DNA from: Dickeya solani IPO 2222
GTDB taxonomy: Bacteria > Pseudomonadota > Gammaproteobacteria > Enterobacterales > Enterobacteriaceae
DNA length: 32,000 bases
Reading direction: 5' to 3'
NCBI RefSeq assembly: GCF_001644705.1
Contig: NZ_CP015137.1
Span: 1,380,001 to 1,412,000, forward strand
How positions within the stretch are numbered: the stretch's first letter is position 1; every line of letters begins with the position of its first letter. Under the pieces are notes generated by a model. The model saw nothing but the letters and a program-made list of their open reading frames with translations. It was not told the DNA's origin and searched no databases. Positions 9,747 through 19,313 of the stretch are shown in pieces. The position numbers were made by a program, and so were the translations under genes.

Positions 9747-10223
9747 TTACTTAACCCAGGGTAGAATCGGCACCGCGCTGAGCGCATTTTTCGGCGACCC
9801 TTCCACCAGACGATCGGAATAGGTCAGGTAAACCAGCGCATTGCGTTTTGCATCGTAAAAACGCACCACCTGCAGTTTCTTGAAAATCAGCGATGTGCGC
9901 TGCTGAAACACCACACTGCCCTTTCCCTTGCTGCCGGTAATTTTGTCGCTCAGGGTAATCGGCCCCACCTGCTGACAGGAAATAGCGGCATCCGACGTAT
10001 CCTCCGCCAGGCCAAGCCCTCCCTTAATGCCGCCGGTTTTGGCTCTGCTCAGATAACAGGTCACGTTTGTCACATCCGGATCGTCAAACGCTTCCACGAT
10101 GATTTTGTGGTCTGGCCCCAGCAGCTTAAAGACCGTATCCACCGATCCGATTTCCTCAGCCCAGACTGACGTTACGCCGCAGAGCAGGGCCGCCGCAGTC
10201 AACACAACTCGTCTTTTCATCAT
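9747..10223 (-). CDS. creA: CreA family periplasmic protein
   Basis: 158 aa with a signal peptide, then [66 protein letters not shown]. This matches E. coli CreA. GAGAG lies 7 nt upstream of the ATGATG start. Confidence 0.93.
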   Translation of the reverse strand: MMKRRVVLTAAALLCGVTSVWAEEIGSVDTVFKLLGPDHKIIVEAFDDPDVTNVTCYLSRAKTGGIKGGLGLAEDTSDAAISCQQVGPITLSDKITGSKGKGSVVFQQRTSLIFKKLQVVRFYDAKRNALVYLTYSDRLVEGSPKNALSAVPILPWVK

Positions 10224-10425
10224 TGCCGTTCTCTCACTTTGTCGCCGCCATGGCGTAGTTTCTGTGGTTCAAAGACCGTTTGTCGGATAGATTTCTTTAG
10301 CTGCCTATGTTAATCAGATTCTTTATTCATAAGGCACAAAAATCTTGATAAGTGCCCCAGGGAAAAAGTTGCTATTATGCCGGGCTTATACGCTTAGCTC
10401 TCGGTGTGTTCTATGAGGACGATCT

Positions 10426-11292
10426 ATGGATCAAGCCAGTATCATACGTGACCTGCTCAACTGGCTGGAGGGTCATCTTGACCAGCCTTTATCGCTGGAT
10501 AATGTCGCAGCCAAGGCCGGCTATTCCAAGTGGCATTTGCAGAGAATGTTCAAGGACGTAACAGGTCATGCCATCGGTTCCTACATTCGTGCCCGTCGGC
10601 TCACCAAAGCGGCTGTCGCACTGTGTCTGACCAGTCGCCCGATTCTTGATATCGCCTTGCAGTACCGTTTCGATTCGCAGCAGACGTTCACGCGAGCGTT
10701 CAAAAAGCAGTTTGCCCAGACCCCGGCGTCCTATCGTCGGTCGGATGACTGGAATACTTTCGGCATCCATCCACCAATTCGTCTTGGCGCTTTTACCATG
10801 CCGCAACCGCAATTCATCACCTTGCCGGAAACGCAGTTGGTTGGGCTGACCCAGAGCTATACCTGCAGTCTGGAGCAAATCACCTGTTTTCGTACCGAAA
10901 TACGCGTCCATTTCTGGCGACAATATCTGGGGGAAGCCAAACAGGTCCCGCCGGTGTTGTATGGTCTGCATCATTCTCGCCCAAGCAAGGAGAAGGATGA
11001 TGAACATGAAGTGCTGTATACCACTGCGCTGGAGCCGCATCATGTTCCGGAAGGCGTGCATCCTGGCGAACCGGCGATATTGCCGAGCGGCGACTATGCC
11101 ATGTTTATCTACGAAGGCCCGGCGGATGATTTGCAGGATTTCATTATCACCCTGTACGACACTTGCCTGCCAACCTATAAACTAACCCGCCGCAAAGGTT
11201 TTGATGCTGAACGCTTCCACCCCAAAGGGCACAAAGAAACTGAATCGCCCAAAATCATCCGCTGCGAATACCTGATTCCAATTCAGCGTTAA
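10426..11292 (+). CDS. rob: Right origin-binding protein Rob (AraC/XylS N-terminal domain plus GyrI-like C-terminal domain)
   Basis: 288 aa, MDQASIIRDLLNWLEGHLDQPLSLDNVAAKAGYSKWHLQRMFKDVTGHAIGSYIRARRL... Collinear with E. coli Rob to the C-terminal CEYLIPIQR. GAGGA lies upstream. Confidence 0.93.
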   Translation: MDQASIIRDLLNWLEGHLDQPLSLDNVAAKAGYSKWHLQRMFKDVTGHAIGSYIRARRLTKAAVALCLTSRPILDIALQYRFDSQQTFTRAFKKQFAQTPASYRRSDDWNTFGIHPPIRLGAFTMPQPQFITLPETQLVGLTQSYTCSLEQITCFRTEIRVHFWRQYLGEAKQVPPVLYGLHHSRPSKEKDDEHEVLYTTALEPHHVPEGVHPGEPAILPSGDYAMFIYEGPADDLQDFIITLYDTCLPTYKLTRRKGFDAERFHPKGHKETESPKIIRCEYLIPIQR

Positions 11293-11939
11293 CGCTGCAA
11301 TTCATCCAACGCCGGGGCATCAAGATGGGAAACGTCTCCGGCGGTTTCCACTATCCATCCAGGTGCCAGCCAGGGGCTCTGTTGATAATCAACGCGAGAC
11401 AATGAACAGTTGCGTAGCCGCAGGCGACGTTCCGCCCAGGCAGGTAACCCCAGCAACGTACTCAGCAGACAACCCAGCGCAATACCGTGACTTACCAGCA
11501 ACGGGCGGCTGCCTTCCGGCAACGCCAGGCACTTTGCCAGCACGCGCTGCATACGCAGAGCCAGTTCAGACATGGACTCGCCATCGGGAATACGGCCATC
11601 GCGGGTGCCATCCACCAACTGTTTACGCCAGCGCTCTTCTTCGGGGCTCAGAGAATCAATCAGTCTCTCTTCCAGCACGCCCATGTTCAGCTCTCTCAGG
11701 TCTGGTTCCATGATTACCGGGCAGTCGCCGCAAGCCTGCGAGATAATGTCGGCAGTGCGGCAGGTACGCCCCAGATCGCTGGTAAGAATATGGGTAATCC
11801 CCAATTTCTTGACCCTTTCAGCAACCAGCCGGGCCTGATGTTCTCCGCCCGGGGTTAGCGGACTGTCTGACTGTCCCTGAATGCGCCGCGCCACGTTCCA
11901 CTCTGTTTCACCATGGCGAACAAGATATACCTGTAACAT
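11289..11939 (-). CDS. gpmB: Probable phosphoglycerate mutase GpmB (histidine phosphatase family)
   Basis: 216 aa, MLQVYLVRHGETEWN..RIQGQSDSPLT...LLVSHGIALGCL...SHLDAPALDELQR. Full-length match to E. coli GpmB/YtjC. Confidence 0.95.
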   Translation of the reverse strand: MLQVYLVRHGETEWNVARRIQGQSDSPLTPGGEHQARLVAERVKKLGITHILTSDLGRTCRTADIISQACGDCPVIMEPDLRELNMGVLEERLIDSLSPEEERWRKQLVDGTRDGRIPDGESMSELALRMQRVLAKCLALPEGSRPLLVSHGIALGCLLSTLLGLPAWAERRLRLRNCSLSRVDYQQSPWLAPGWIVETAGDVSHLDAPALDELQR

Positions 11940-11990
11940 GATTTTTTTCCGTTATACTGCGTCAAATTAACTACAAGGTAGGGAAACATT

Positions 11991-12530
11991 ATGTACCATG
12001 TTGTCGCTTCTACGACCAACCCGGCCAAGATTAACGCCATCACTTTAGCATTCGCCGACGTTTTTGGTGTGGATAATTGCCGTATCGAAGGGGTTGATGT
12101 AGACAGTGGAGTGCCCAGTCAACCGCTAGGTTCCGTCGAAACGCGAACGGGTGCCAGGAATCGTGTGATGAGAGCGCGACAGGTCCGTCCGGAAGCCGAT
12201 TTCTGGGTAGGCGTGGAGGCCGGCATTGAAGAAAGCATGACGTTCGCCTGGATGGTGATTGAAAACGCAGTCATCCGCGGCGAGTCTCGTTCAGCCAGCC
12301 TGGTATTACCGGAAAGCATTCTGCAGGGAATTGGCGAAGGTCGCGAACTGGGTGATGAAATGGCACGCCTCACCGGCATCCAGGATATCAAACGTCAGGG
12401 TGGCGCGATTGGCGTATTCACGGATGGCAAACTGTCGAGAACCAGCGTGTATTATCAGGCGTTGCTGCTGGCGCTGGTGCCGTTTCATAATCCGGTTTAT
12501 CAGCACCCGATTCATACGACGTCCGTCTGA
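11991..12530 (+). CDS. yjjX: Inosine/xanthosine triphosphatase YjjX
   Basis: 179 aa, [17 protein letters not shown]...[20 protein letters not shown]...[12 protein letters not shown]. Matches E. coli YjjX. It is divergent from gpmB, as in E. coli. Confidence 0.92.
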   Translation: MYHVVASTTNPAKINAITLAFADVFGVDNCRIEGVDVDSGVPSQPLGSVETRTGARNRVMRARQVRPEADFWVGVEAGIEESMTFAWMVIENAVIRGESRSASLVLPESILQGIGEGRELGDEMARLTGIQDIKRQGGAIGVFTDGKLSRTSVYYQALLLALVPFHNPVYQHPIHTTSV

Positions 12531-12544
12531 TCGCTTCCCGAACG

Positions 12545-12877
12545 CTAGTCCTTCTTCTCTGGCAGCAATTGTTCCTCCAGCCAGACTTTCAGCTTGGCCG
12601 GGGCGGATTTGAGACTGTTGGACCCCCGGGTGATGGTCGCAATGCCCGCACCCAGCTCATTTTTCAACTCACGTTGGCTCATCTCGCCACGCATCAATTC
12701 CTGAATAATACGCACCCGGGTTCCCAACGCGGTTCGCTCATCCGGCGTTAAAAGCAGTTGCAGCAACGGTTGCTCCAACCCTTCCGCCATCGCCTGTTGG
12801 AACAAGCTGACAAACGCCAGCCAGTTTTCATCGTCTTGTTCGGAAAATACCGGATCATGAAGTGAAGGTGAGGTCAT
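12545..12877 (-). CDS. trpR: Trp operon repressor
   Basis: Track ORF 12545..12889. [51 protein letters not shown] is the TrpR HTH core. I prefer the second ATG (12877, MTSPSLHD...). The DNA TATGGCGACTGTTATGACC parallels E. coli AATGGCGACATATTATGGCC, where the second ATG is the start, and the N-terminal length then matches. The alternative start is 12889. Confidence 0.9.
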   Translation of the reverse strand: MTSPSLHDPVFSEQDDENWLAFVSLFQQAMAEGLEQPLLQLLLTPDERTALGTRVRIIQELMRGEMSQRELKNELGAGIATITRGSNSLKSAPAKLKVWLEEQLLPEKKD

Positions 12878-12887
12878 AACAGTCGCC

Positions 12888-12905
12888 ATACTATTTAACT
12901 AGTAC
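12888..12905. promoter_or_regulatory. Trp-operator-like palindrome (probable TrpR autoregulatory site)
   Basis: ATACTATTTAACTAGTAC matches 16 of 18 positions of the symmetric TrpR operator consensus GTACTAGTTAACTAGTAC. It is located immediately upstream of trpR. Confidence 0.6.
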
Positions 12906-13078
12906 ACCAGCATAACATACTCTTCATAACGAAAAAAAGTGTAAAAAATAGGATAAACGCCCACCTTAGCGAGACGGGCGTGAGGTAATGACTGCCAGCA
13001 TGATGCGTCGTTCTTCACCCACGTATCTTCATTCGCGTGAGGCGGGGAATGCGTCTGTCAGGCAATCCCCGCTAGCAA

Positions 13079-15010
13079 TCAATAACGTCGCTGCCACTCG
13101 TTGTCCATCAGCAACGTTGTCGGGCGCTGTTGCATCAGGCTGCGGTAGAAAACGTCATATGCCAGTACATTTTTGACGTATCCCCGCGTCTCGGAAAACG
13201 GAATACTTTCCACAAACGCGATGGCGTCAACCCGACCGTCGCTGTCTTTCAACCAGTTAGTCACCCGCGATGGCCCGGCGTTGTAGGCAGCGGATGCCAG
13301 AATGCGGTTCTGGCCGAACGACTGATAAACATAATCCAGATAGCTGGTGCCAAGCTGGATATTCATCTGCGGATCCAGCAACTGGCTGCTGTTGGTATAG
13401 CTGGCGATATTAAACATTTCAGCGGTGTGCTGCGCGGTAGCCGGCATCAGTTGCATCAGGCCGGCCGCTCCCACGGCGGAATGCGCTTGCGGATTCCAGG
13501 CGCTTTCCTGACGGGCAATCGCCATCGCATAACTCTGGCTGATGCCCTTGCCTTGCGTCGCCCGGCGGAAATCATCATTCCATGCCAACGGGAAGCGCTC
13601 CTCAAGATTGTCCCAGAGTTTCGCCACAATCGTGGCCTGAACACTCAGGTCATACCAATGCTGTTCGAACGCAAAACGCGCCAGCGCTTCCTGTTGCGAA
13701 CGATCCCGACTGGCCACCAGCCCCGCCCATTCGGAACGAGCCAGGCTTTCCAGTCCCCAGAACATCAATTCGCGCACCCGCGCCACTTCCGGTAGCAGCC
13801 CAATCGAGCGCTCAGGTTTGGCGGCAATCATAATGGTCAGCGGATAGTTCACATTAAGCTTCTGCGCGGCGGCCATCGGGTAAAAACCGCGAATCGTCAT
13901 CAGTTCGCGCAGTTGGTTCTCGCCTTCCTGCTTTTGCCCTTGCTCTATCAGCAGTATCGCGCGCCAGTAGCGCCACTCATCCTTTTGCTGCACGTCGGCC
14001 GGCAAGCGCGCTATCCACTGCTTCAACCCAGGCCGATCCCCCTGTCCCAGCGCCATGCGAACACGCCGCTCCAGCAACGGCGCCGAGGCGCTGCGCAGAA
14101 TCACGGCGTCGCGCCAGCGTGCCTGTTCATCGGTGATATCGCTGCTCATCAGGCGCCAGGCGATGTCATCCTCCATACTCTGGCGCTCCTGTGGACGCAT
14201 TTTCTGCAGGCGAATCAGCTGCGGCAGCAACGCCCGCGCCTCATCAGGTTCCTGACGGGCAATGCGGCTGAACGCCGATAATACCGCTCTCCGGGTAAAA
14301 TCCGTCGGGCCGACAGACCGGGCGAAGCGCTCGATCGTTTTAGGATTGCTTTGCAATCTCAGCAACGCATCGGTGATGGTCTTGTAATCTGCCGGCAATT
14401 GTCTGGAAAGATGATTAACCAGACCTGCGCTGCCCGCATCTATCGCCAGTCGCATCCGTTCGAGAACCATGAGCGACGTCAATCCGCCCTGCTGCTGCCA
14501 GGCAGAAAATAGCTTGTCACAGGTCGGCGGCAATGAACGACCGGTCAGCCAGATATCGCGGGTCTGCTCCCACACGCCTTGCGGCTGCCCCACCATGACT
14601 TTGGCATACAGATAGTTGCACAGAGAAGCGACCGGCTTGGGTTGTTGCGGACTGAACACCAGCAGTCCATTCCAGTCCTGGCGACGAGCCAGTTCATTGA
14701 TAAAACTGTTGTTGAGCGTATGTACCGCGGGCAGCGTCGGATGCAAGGCCATAAACTGTTTGACCTGAGTCTCACTGACCGTCGACAAATCCTGCGTCAG
14801 CGCCCGGTATTCCAGATAAGGGTAAAGCGGGTAATCACGTAGCGTCGGCATTAATTGGGAAACCACATCCATCTGGTTATTATCCCACGCGGACTTTATT
14901 TGCTGATAACGCTGGCGCTGCTCATCCAGCGAATCCGCCAACGCCTGGCACGATACCCCAATGAGACACAGCGCGGCGGCCACATATCGCCAATACCCTA
15001 ATTTGAACAT
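13079..15010 (-). CDS. slt: Soluble lytic murein transglycosylase Slt70
   Basis: Track ORF 13079..15046. The start is taken at the ATG at 15010, giving MFKLGYWRYVAAALCLIGVSCQALA, a signal peptide followed by DSLDEQRQRY as in E. coli Slt, with GAGG/AGGG upstream. The C-terminal catalytic block is AIARQESAWNP...GLMQLMP...AAYNAGP. Confidence 0.93.
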   Translation of the reverse strand: MFKLGYWRYVAAALCLIGVSCQALADSLDEQRQRYQQIKSAWDNNQMDVVSQLMPTLRDYPLYPYLEYRALTQDLSTVSETQVKQFMALHPTLPAVHTLNNSFINELARRQDWNGLLVFSPQQPKPVASLCNYLYAKVMVGQPQGVWEQTRDIWLTGRSLPPTCDKLFSAWQQQGGLTSLMVLERMRLAIDAGSAGLVNHLSRQLPADYKTITDALLRLQSNPKTIERFARSVGPTDFTRRAVLSAFSRIARQEPDEARALLPQLIRLQKMRPQERQSMEDDIAWRLMSSDITDEQARWRDAVILRSASAPLLERRVRMALGQGDRPGLKQWIARLPADVQQKDEWRYWRAILLIEQGQKQEGENQLRELMTIRGFYPMAAAQKLNVNYPLTIMIAAKPERSIGLLPEVARVRELMFWGLESLARSEWAGLVASRDRSQQEALARFAFEQHWYDLSVQATIVAKLWDNLEERFPLAWNDDFRRATQGKGISQSYAMAIARQESAWNPQAHSAVGAAGLMQLMPATAQHTAEMFNIASYTNSSQLLDPQMNIQLGTSYLDYVYQSFGQNRILASAAYNAGPSRVTNWLKDSDGRVDAIAFVESIPFSETRGYVKNVLAYDVFYRSLMQQRPTTLLMDNEWQRRY

Positions 15011-15470
15011 AACTGCCCTGACCTCACTCGTTATCGTTTCCGCCATTACCGCTGAACGCCGTCACCAACGCTCACGACCATCGCCCCGGCATACCCATGA
15101 CGGCTGCATGGCATTGACTGACGTTGGTTTTTTCAAACTAAATCAGTGTGGCATATCCTGCCCGGCAACGATACGCCGAAAGCATCTAATACAGTACGAA
15201 ATTCGCAGCGTTAACATCCTTTTACCAGAGCGCCCGGCAGTGTCGGCTGATATCCACCTCAACGGTTTCATCATGGGTGGAAGCTGCCTCGCAGAGTCAA
15301 CAACACGATGACGGGATGGCTGGGATCACGCAGCGAAAACAGCTAAACTCCGTCAACAGTAAATTCCTTTTGCCGGCAGGGCGTCAGCGCTTTTCCGGTA
15401 TCATGCCCCTACAGGCGCCATGCTTTTAATGGCATAACGCTAAACTGGACAGAAAGAGGCTCAGAGCAAC

Positions 15471-17135
15471 GTGGCTCAATACGTTTACACCATGCACCGC
15501 GTCGGCAAGGTTGTTCCACCGAAGCGTCATATCCTGAAAAATATTTCCCTCAGTTTTTTCCCGGGCGCCAAAATCGGCGTGTTGGGTCTGAACGGGGCGG
15601 GTAAATCCACCCTGCTGCGCATCATGGCGGGGATTGATAAAGACATCGAAGGCGAAGCCCGCCCGCAGCCGGGGATCAAAATCGGCTACCTGCCTCAGGA
15701 ACCCCAACTAAACCGGGAACACACCGTCCGTGAAGCGGTTGAAGAGGCTGTCAGCGAAGTAAAACGCGCGCTGACCCGCCTGGATGAAGTCTATGCCGCC
15801 TATGCCGACCCGGACGCCGACTTCGATAAGCTGGCGAAAGAACAGGGCGAGCTGGAGTCAATTATTCAGGCCCAGGACGGCCACAATCTCGATAACCAGC
15901 TTGAGCGGGCCGCCGATGCGCTGCGCCTGCCGCCGTGGGAAGCGAAAATCGCCAACCTGTCCGGGGGCGAACGTCGCCGCGTCGCCATCTGCCGCCTGTT
16001 GCTTGAAAAACCGGACATGCTGCTGCTCGACGAACCCACCAACCACCTGGATGCGGAATCGGTCGCCTGGCTGGAGCGTTTCCTACACGACTACGAAGGT
16101 ACCGTGGTTGCCATTACCCATGACCGTTACTTCCTCGACAACGTTGCCGGCTGGATTCTGGAGCTGGACCGCGGCGAAGGGATTCCGTGGGAAGGCAACT
16201 ACTCGTCCTGGCTGGAGCAGAAAGACCAACGTCTGGCGCAGGAAGCCTCCACCGAAGCCGCTCGTCGCAAATCCATCGAGAAAGAGCTGGAATGGGTGCG
16301 ACAGAATCCGAAAGGCCGTCAGGCCAAAGGCAAGGCGCGTCTGGCTCGCTTCGATGAACTCAACAGTGTCGAATACCAGAAACGTAACGAAACCAGCGAG
16401 CTGTTCATTCCACCCGGCCCGCGCCTTGGCGACAAAGTGCTGGAAGTACAGAACCTTACCAAATCTTACGGTGACCGGGTGCTGATTGATAACCTGTCGC
16501 TCGCCATTCCGAAAGGCGCCATCGTCGGGATTATCGGCCCCAACGGCGCCGGTAAATCGACCCTGTTTCGCATGTTGTCCGCTCAGGAACAACCGGATTC
16601 CGGTACGATCTCGCTGGGCGAAACGGTTCAACTGGCGTCGGTGGATCAGTTCCGCGACAAGATGGACGGCAGCAAGACCGTATGGGAAGAAATCTCAGAC
16701 GGTCAAGACATCATGCGTATCGGCAATTTCGAGATCCCGAGCCGTGCCTATGTCGGCCGTTTCAACTTCAAAGGCGTCGATCAGGGCAAACGTATCGGGG
16801 AACTCTCCGGCGGCGAACGTGGCCGCGTGCATCTGGCAAAACTACTGCAGGTTGGCGGCAATATGCTGCTGCTTGACGAACCGACCAACGATCTGGATAT
16901 CGAAACCCTGCGAGCGCTGGAAAACGCCCTGCTGGAATTCCCCGGCTGCGCCATGGTGATTTCCCATGACCGCTGGTTCCTGGACCGTATCGCCACCCAC
17001 ATCATCGATTATCAGGATGAAGGCAAGGTGGAATTCTTTGAAGGCAACTTCACAGAATACGAAGAGTACAAGAAACGTACGCTGGGTGCGGAAGCACTGG
17101 AGCCGCACCGTATCAAGTACAAGAAAATGGCGTGA
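15471..17135 (+). CDS. ettA: Energy-dependent translational throttle protein EttA (ABC-F ATPase, YjjK)
   Basis: 554 aa from a GTG, MAQYVYTMHRVGKVVPPKRHILKNISLSFFPGAKIGVLGLNGAGKSTLLRIMAG... It has two ABC cassettes (GLNGAGKST / LSGGERRR; GPNGAGKST / LSGGERGR). Collinear with E. coli EttA. Confidence 0.96.
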   Translation: MAQYVYTMHRVGKVVPPKRHILKNISLSFFPGAKIGVLGLNGAGKSTLLRIMAGIDKDIEGEARPQPGIKIGYLPQEPQLNREHTVREAVEEAVSEVKRALTRLDEVYAAYADPDADFDKLAKEQGELESIIQAQDGHNLDNQLERAADALRLPPWEAKIANLSGGERRRVAICRLLLEKPDMLLLDEPTNHLDAESVAWLERFLHDYEGTVVAITHDRYFLDNVAGWILELDRGEGIPWEGNYSSWLEQKDQRLAQEASTEAARRKSIEKELEWVRQNPKGRQAKGKARLARFDELNSVEYQKRNETSELFIPPGPRLGDKVLEVQNLTKSYGDRVLIDNLSLAIPKGAIVGIIGPNGAGKSTLFRMLSAQEQPDSGTISLGETVQLASVDQFRDKMDGSKTVWEEISDGQDIMRIGNFEIPSRAYVGRFNFKGVDQGKRIGELSGGERGRVHLAKLLQVGGNMLLLDEPTNDLDIETLRALENALLEFPGCAMVISHDRWFLDRIATHIIDYQDEGKVEFFEGNFTEYEEYKKRTLGAEALEPHRIKYKKMA

Positions 17136-17166
17136 CATTGCGTCCCGTCCACCCTGTCACGGTGAA

Positions 17167-17194
17167 AACGCCGTGACAGCAACGCCGTGACAGC
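17167..17194. repeat. Exact 14-nt tandem duplication in the ettA 3' region
   Basis: aacgccgtgacagc occurs at 17167-17180 and again at 17181-17194. Each copy contains ccgtgacag, the reverse complement of ctgtcacgg at 17154-17162. Confidence 0.9.
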
Positions 17195-17220
17195 AAAAGC
17201 CCGCCAACTGGCGGGCTTTT
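17195..17220. terminator. Rho-independent terminator after ettA (bidirectional in appearance)
   Basis: AAAA, then GCCCGCC (17199-17205), loop aact, GGCGGGC (17210-17216), then TTTT. Confidence 0.8.
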
Positions 17221-17328
17221 CATTGTCAGTCTTGAACCATCTCCTGGCGAGGTGGTGATTCCGTTTTCATTCGATCGTATTTTATTCAATCAGGATGGTG
17301 GCCTCATGACCACCATACATCACAGCAA

Positions 17329-19035
17329 TCAGAACGTTTCCCAGTTCTGGTCGTTACGGCTTGCTCTGCCTGCACCAATAGCGGCTACCGCCGGGACCGG
17401 CTGTGCGGCCGATCGGGATGGCAACGAGGCGCGAGCCGGCTCGCTTTCCTTGCGATGCCTCAGCTTGAAGACCGCCACCGCCTGGGTCAAGCGTTCAGCC
17501 TGTGATTCCAGCGAGACAGCGGCGGCCGAAGCTTCCTGCACCAACGCGGCGTTCTGCTGGGTTGTCCCTTCCATCTCCAGCACGGCCTGATTCACCTGAC
17601 CGATACCCCGGCTTTGCTCATCAGACGCTGAAGCAATTTCCCCCATGATATCCGTCACGCTGACCACCGCTTTCACAATCTCTTCCATCGTACTCCCGGC
17701 TTTGGCCACCAGTTCCGAACCGGTATCCACCAGCCTGCCGGATTCGCCAATCAGAGATTCGATTTCCTTCGCCGCCTGCGCACTACGTTGCGCCAGACTA
17801 CGCACCTCTCCGGCAACCACCGCGAAACCCCGGCCCTGCTCACCAGCGCGGGCAGCCTCCACGGCGGCATTCAATGCCAGAATATTAGTCTGGAAAGCGA
17901 TACTATTGATAACACTGGTAATTTCAGAAATTTTCTTCGAACTGGACGAAATATCCCCCATGGTTTTCACCACATCCTGGACGATATTGCCGCCCTGCTC
18001 CGCTTTACCGGAAGCATTGCGCGCCAGCTGGCTGGCATGGTTGGCGTTATCCGAGTTCTGTTTCACCGTGGAGGTCAGTTCCTCCATGCTGGCCGCCGTT
18101 TGCTCCAGCGCCGCCGCTTGTTGCTCAGTGCGGGAAGAAAGATCGACGTTGCCGGCGCTGATTTCAGAAGCGCCCTGATAAATAGAGTCCGCGCCTTCAC
18201 GAACCACGGTCACGGTGTTGGTCAATGACTCCTGCATATGCTGCAGGTTTTGACCCAGAATACCGATTTCGTTACGTCCCAGGTTTTCGGCTGGCTGCGT
18301 CAGGTCGCCCTGCGCAATTTTCTGGATACGGTTAATCAGCACATTGACCGGCACCAGAATCGCCCGGCGGATCACCAGATAAGTCAACGCCGCCAACAGA
18401 ATCGACAGAACAAAAGACACGCCCATCAGGATATTCCCCAGACGAGCATTATCAGAAGCCAGCGCATTAATATTGTTCGCATGTTCCGTCAGGTATTTTA
18501 CTTCCTTTCGTACCTGCACGGCATAGCTGGTATCCAGCTGGCGCGCCAGCGTGGTTTCCAGCTCAATGGTGCTTTCGAATTCGCCGTTACGCACAAACTC
18601 CACCATCGGCACCATCACTTTATCCCGATAGGTGGTGTAGTTGGTGGTCAGGTCAGCATCCAGCGCCTTCTCTTCATTCGACTTATCGGTACGGGCCATA
18701 TAATCATCAAAGCGCTTCTGAGAGCTTTTGATGCGCTCTACGCCTTCATTGAAAGCCTGATTGTAGGAATCCTTATCACCAATACGCGATGCCGCCACCG
18801 CCTGCACCAGCAGCTGACGGGAAACACGGAAATTGTCCATGCTGCTGCTGACCCCGGCACGGATCTCAGACACCAGATTAGCCCGACCCAGAGAGGCATT
18901 ACTCTGTTTGATAAAATAACTGGCAGTACCAATTGAGAGGGCAAATAGAATCAGAATAATAGTTAACAGCGTGATAAAGAGTGTCACAAGACGAATGTTG
19001 TTTATGGAAGAGATATTCCCTTTTTGTTCTGCCAT
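17329..19035 (-). CDS. Methyl-accepting chemotaxis protein (Tar/Tsr-like four-helix-bundle sensor, HAMP, MA domain, C-terminal NWETF tether)
   Basis: 568 aa. The N-terminal TM segment is [18 protein letters not shown], followed by a periplasmic region of about 150 aa and a second TM ([21 protein letters not shown]). The HAMP and signalling domain contains [31 protein letters not shown] and the hairpin tip [41 protein letters not shown]. The protein ends in NWETF, the CheR/CheB docking pentapeptide. Confidence 0.93.
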   Translation of the reverse strand: MAEQKGNISSINNIRLVTLFITLLTIILILFALSIGTASYFIKQSNASLGRANLVSEIRAGVSSSMDNFRVSRQLLVQAVAASRIGDKDSYNQAFNEGVERIKSSQKRFDDYMARTDKSNEEKALDADLTTNYTTYRDKVMVPMVEFVRNGEFESTIELETTLARQLDTSYAVQVRKEVKYLTEHANNINALASDNARLGNILMGVSFVLSILLAALTYLVIRRAILVPVNVLINRIQKIAQGDLTQPAENLGRNEIGILGQNLQHMQESLTNTVTVVREGADSIYQGASEISAGNVDLSSRTEQQAAALEQTAASMEELTSTVKQNSDNANHASQLARNASGKAEQGGNIVQDVVKTMGDISSSSKKISEITSVINSIAFQTNILALNAAVEAARAGEQGRGFAVVAGEVRSLAQRSAQAAKEIESLIGESGRLVDTGSELVAKAGSTMEEIVKAVVSVTDIMGEIASASDEQSRGIGQVNQAVLEMEGTTQQNAALVQEASAAAVSLESQAERLTQAVAVFKLRHRKESEPARASLPSRSAAQPVPAVAAIGAGRASRNDQNWETF

Positions 19036-19313
19036 TCCGATTTCTCACTTTCACTACAAGATGCTGATCACTTCCACCGCGCCAGCAGCAGAAGCACGTA
19101 TAGCTTTGCGCCATTCACTATTTCCTGACAAACACCGACCACTGCGTATAAATACCCAAGAAGGCAACAGACGCCATACGGGACAGGAAAACAAAACAAC
19201 ATTTTAATTTAATTGCATTGTTGTTTCTTTAAAAAAGAAAAACCGTGATGACTGTAGCATGCTCCGCGGATAAGTGGTCAACAGAAACCGTCAGGTTCCT
19301 TTTTCTGGCTGAA

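Noticed and set aside
10333-10356. GGCAC-N14-GTGCC inverted repeat upstream of rob, considered as a marbox or Rob autoregulatory site
   Set aside because: Aligned on GCAC, it fails most of the remaining marbox consensus positions (AYnGCACnnWnnRYYAAAYn). The 5-bp arms are too short to be meaningful alone.
15370-15404. TTGCCG ... TATCAT considered as the ettA promoter
   Set aside because: The spacer is 23 nt, incompatible with a sigma70 promoter. No alternative pair with 16-18 nt spacing was convincing.
15784-16485. 233-aa same-strand alternative-frame ORF inside ettA
   Set aside because: It is an out-of-frame reading of a highly conserved ABC-F gene. The product is P/R/S/T/C-rich with no motif. 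I see no evidence for an overlapping gene.
19036-19313. Search for a sigma28 (FliA) promoter TAAAGTTT-N11-GCCGATAA upstream of the chemoreceptor gene
   Set aside because: Only a partial -35-like TAAAATGT was found, with no acceptable -10 element. No call is made.
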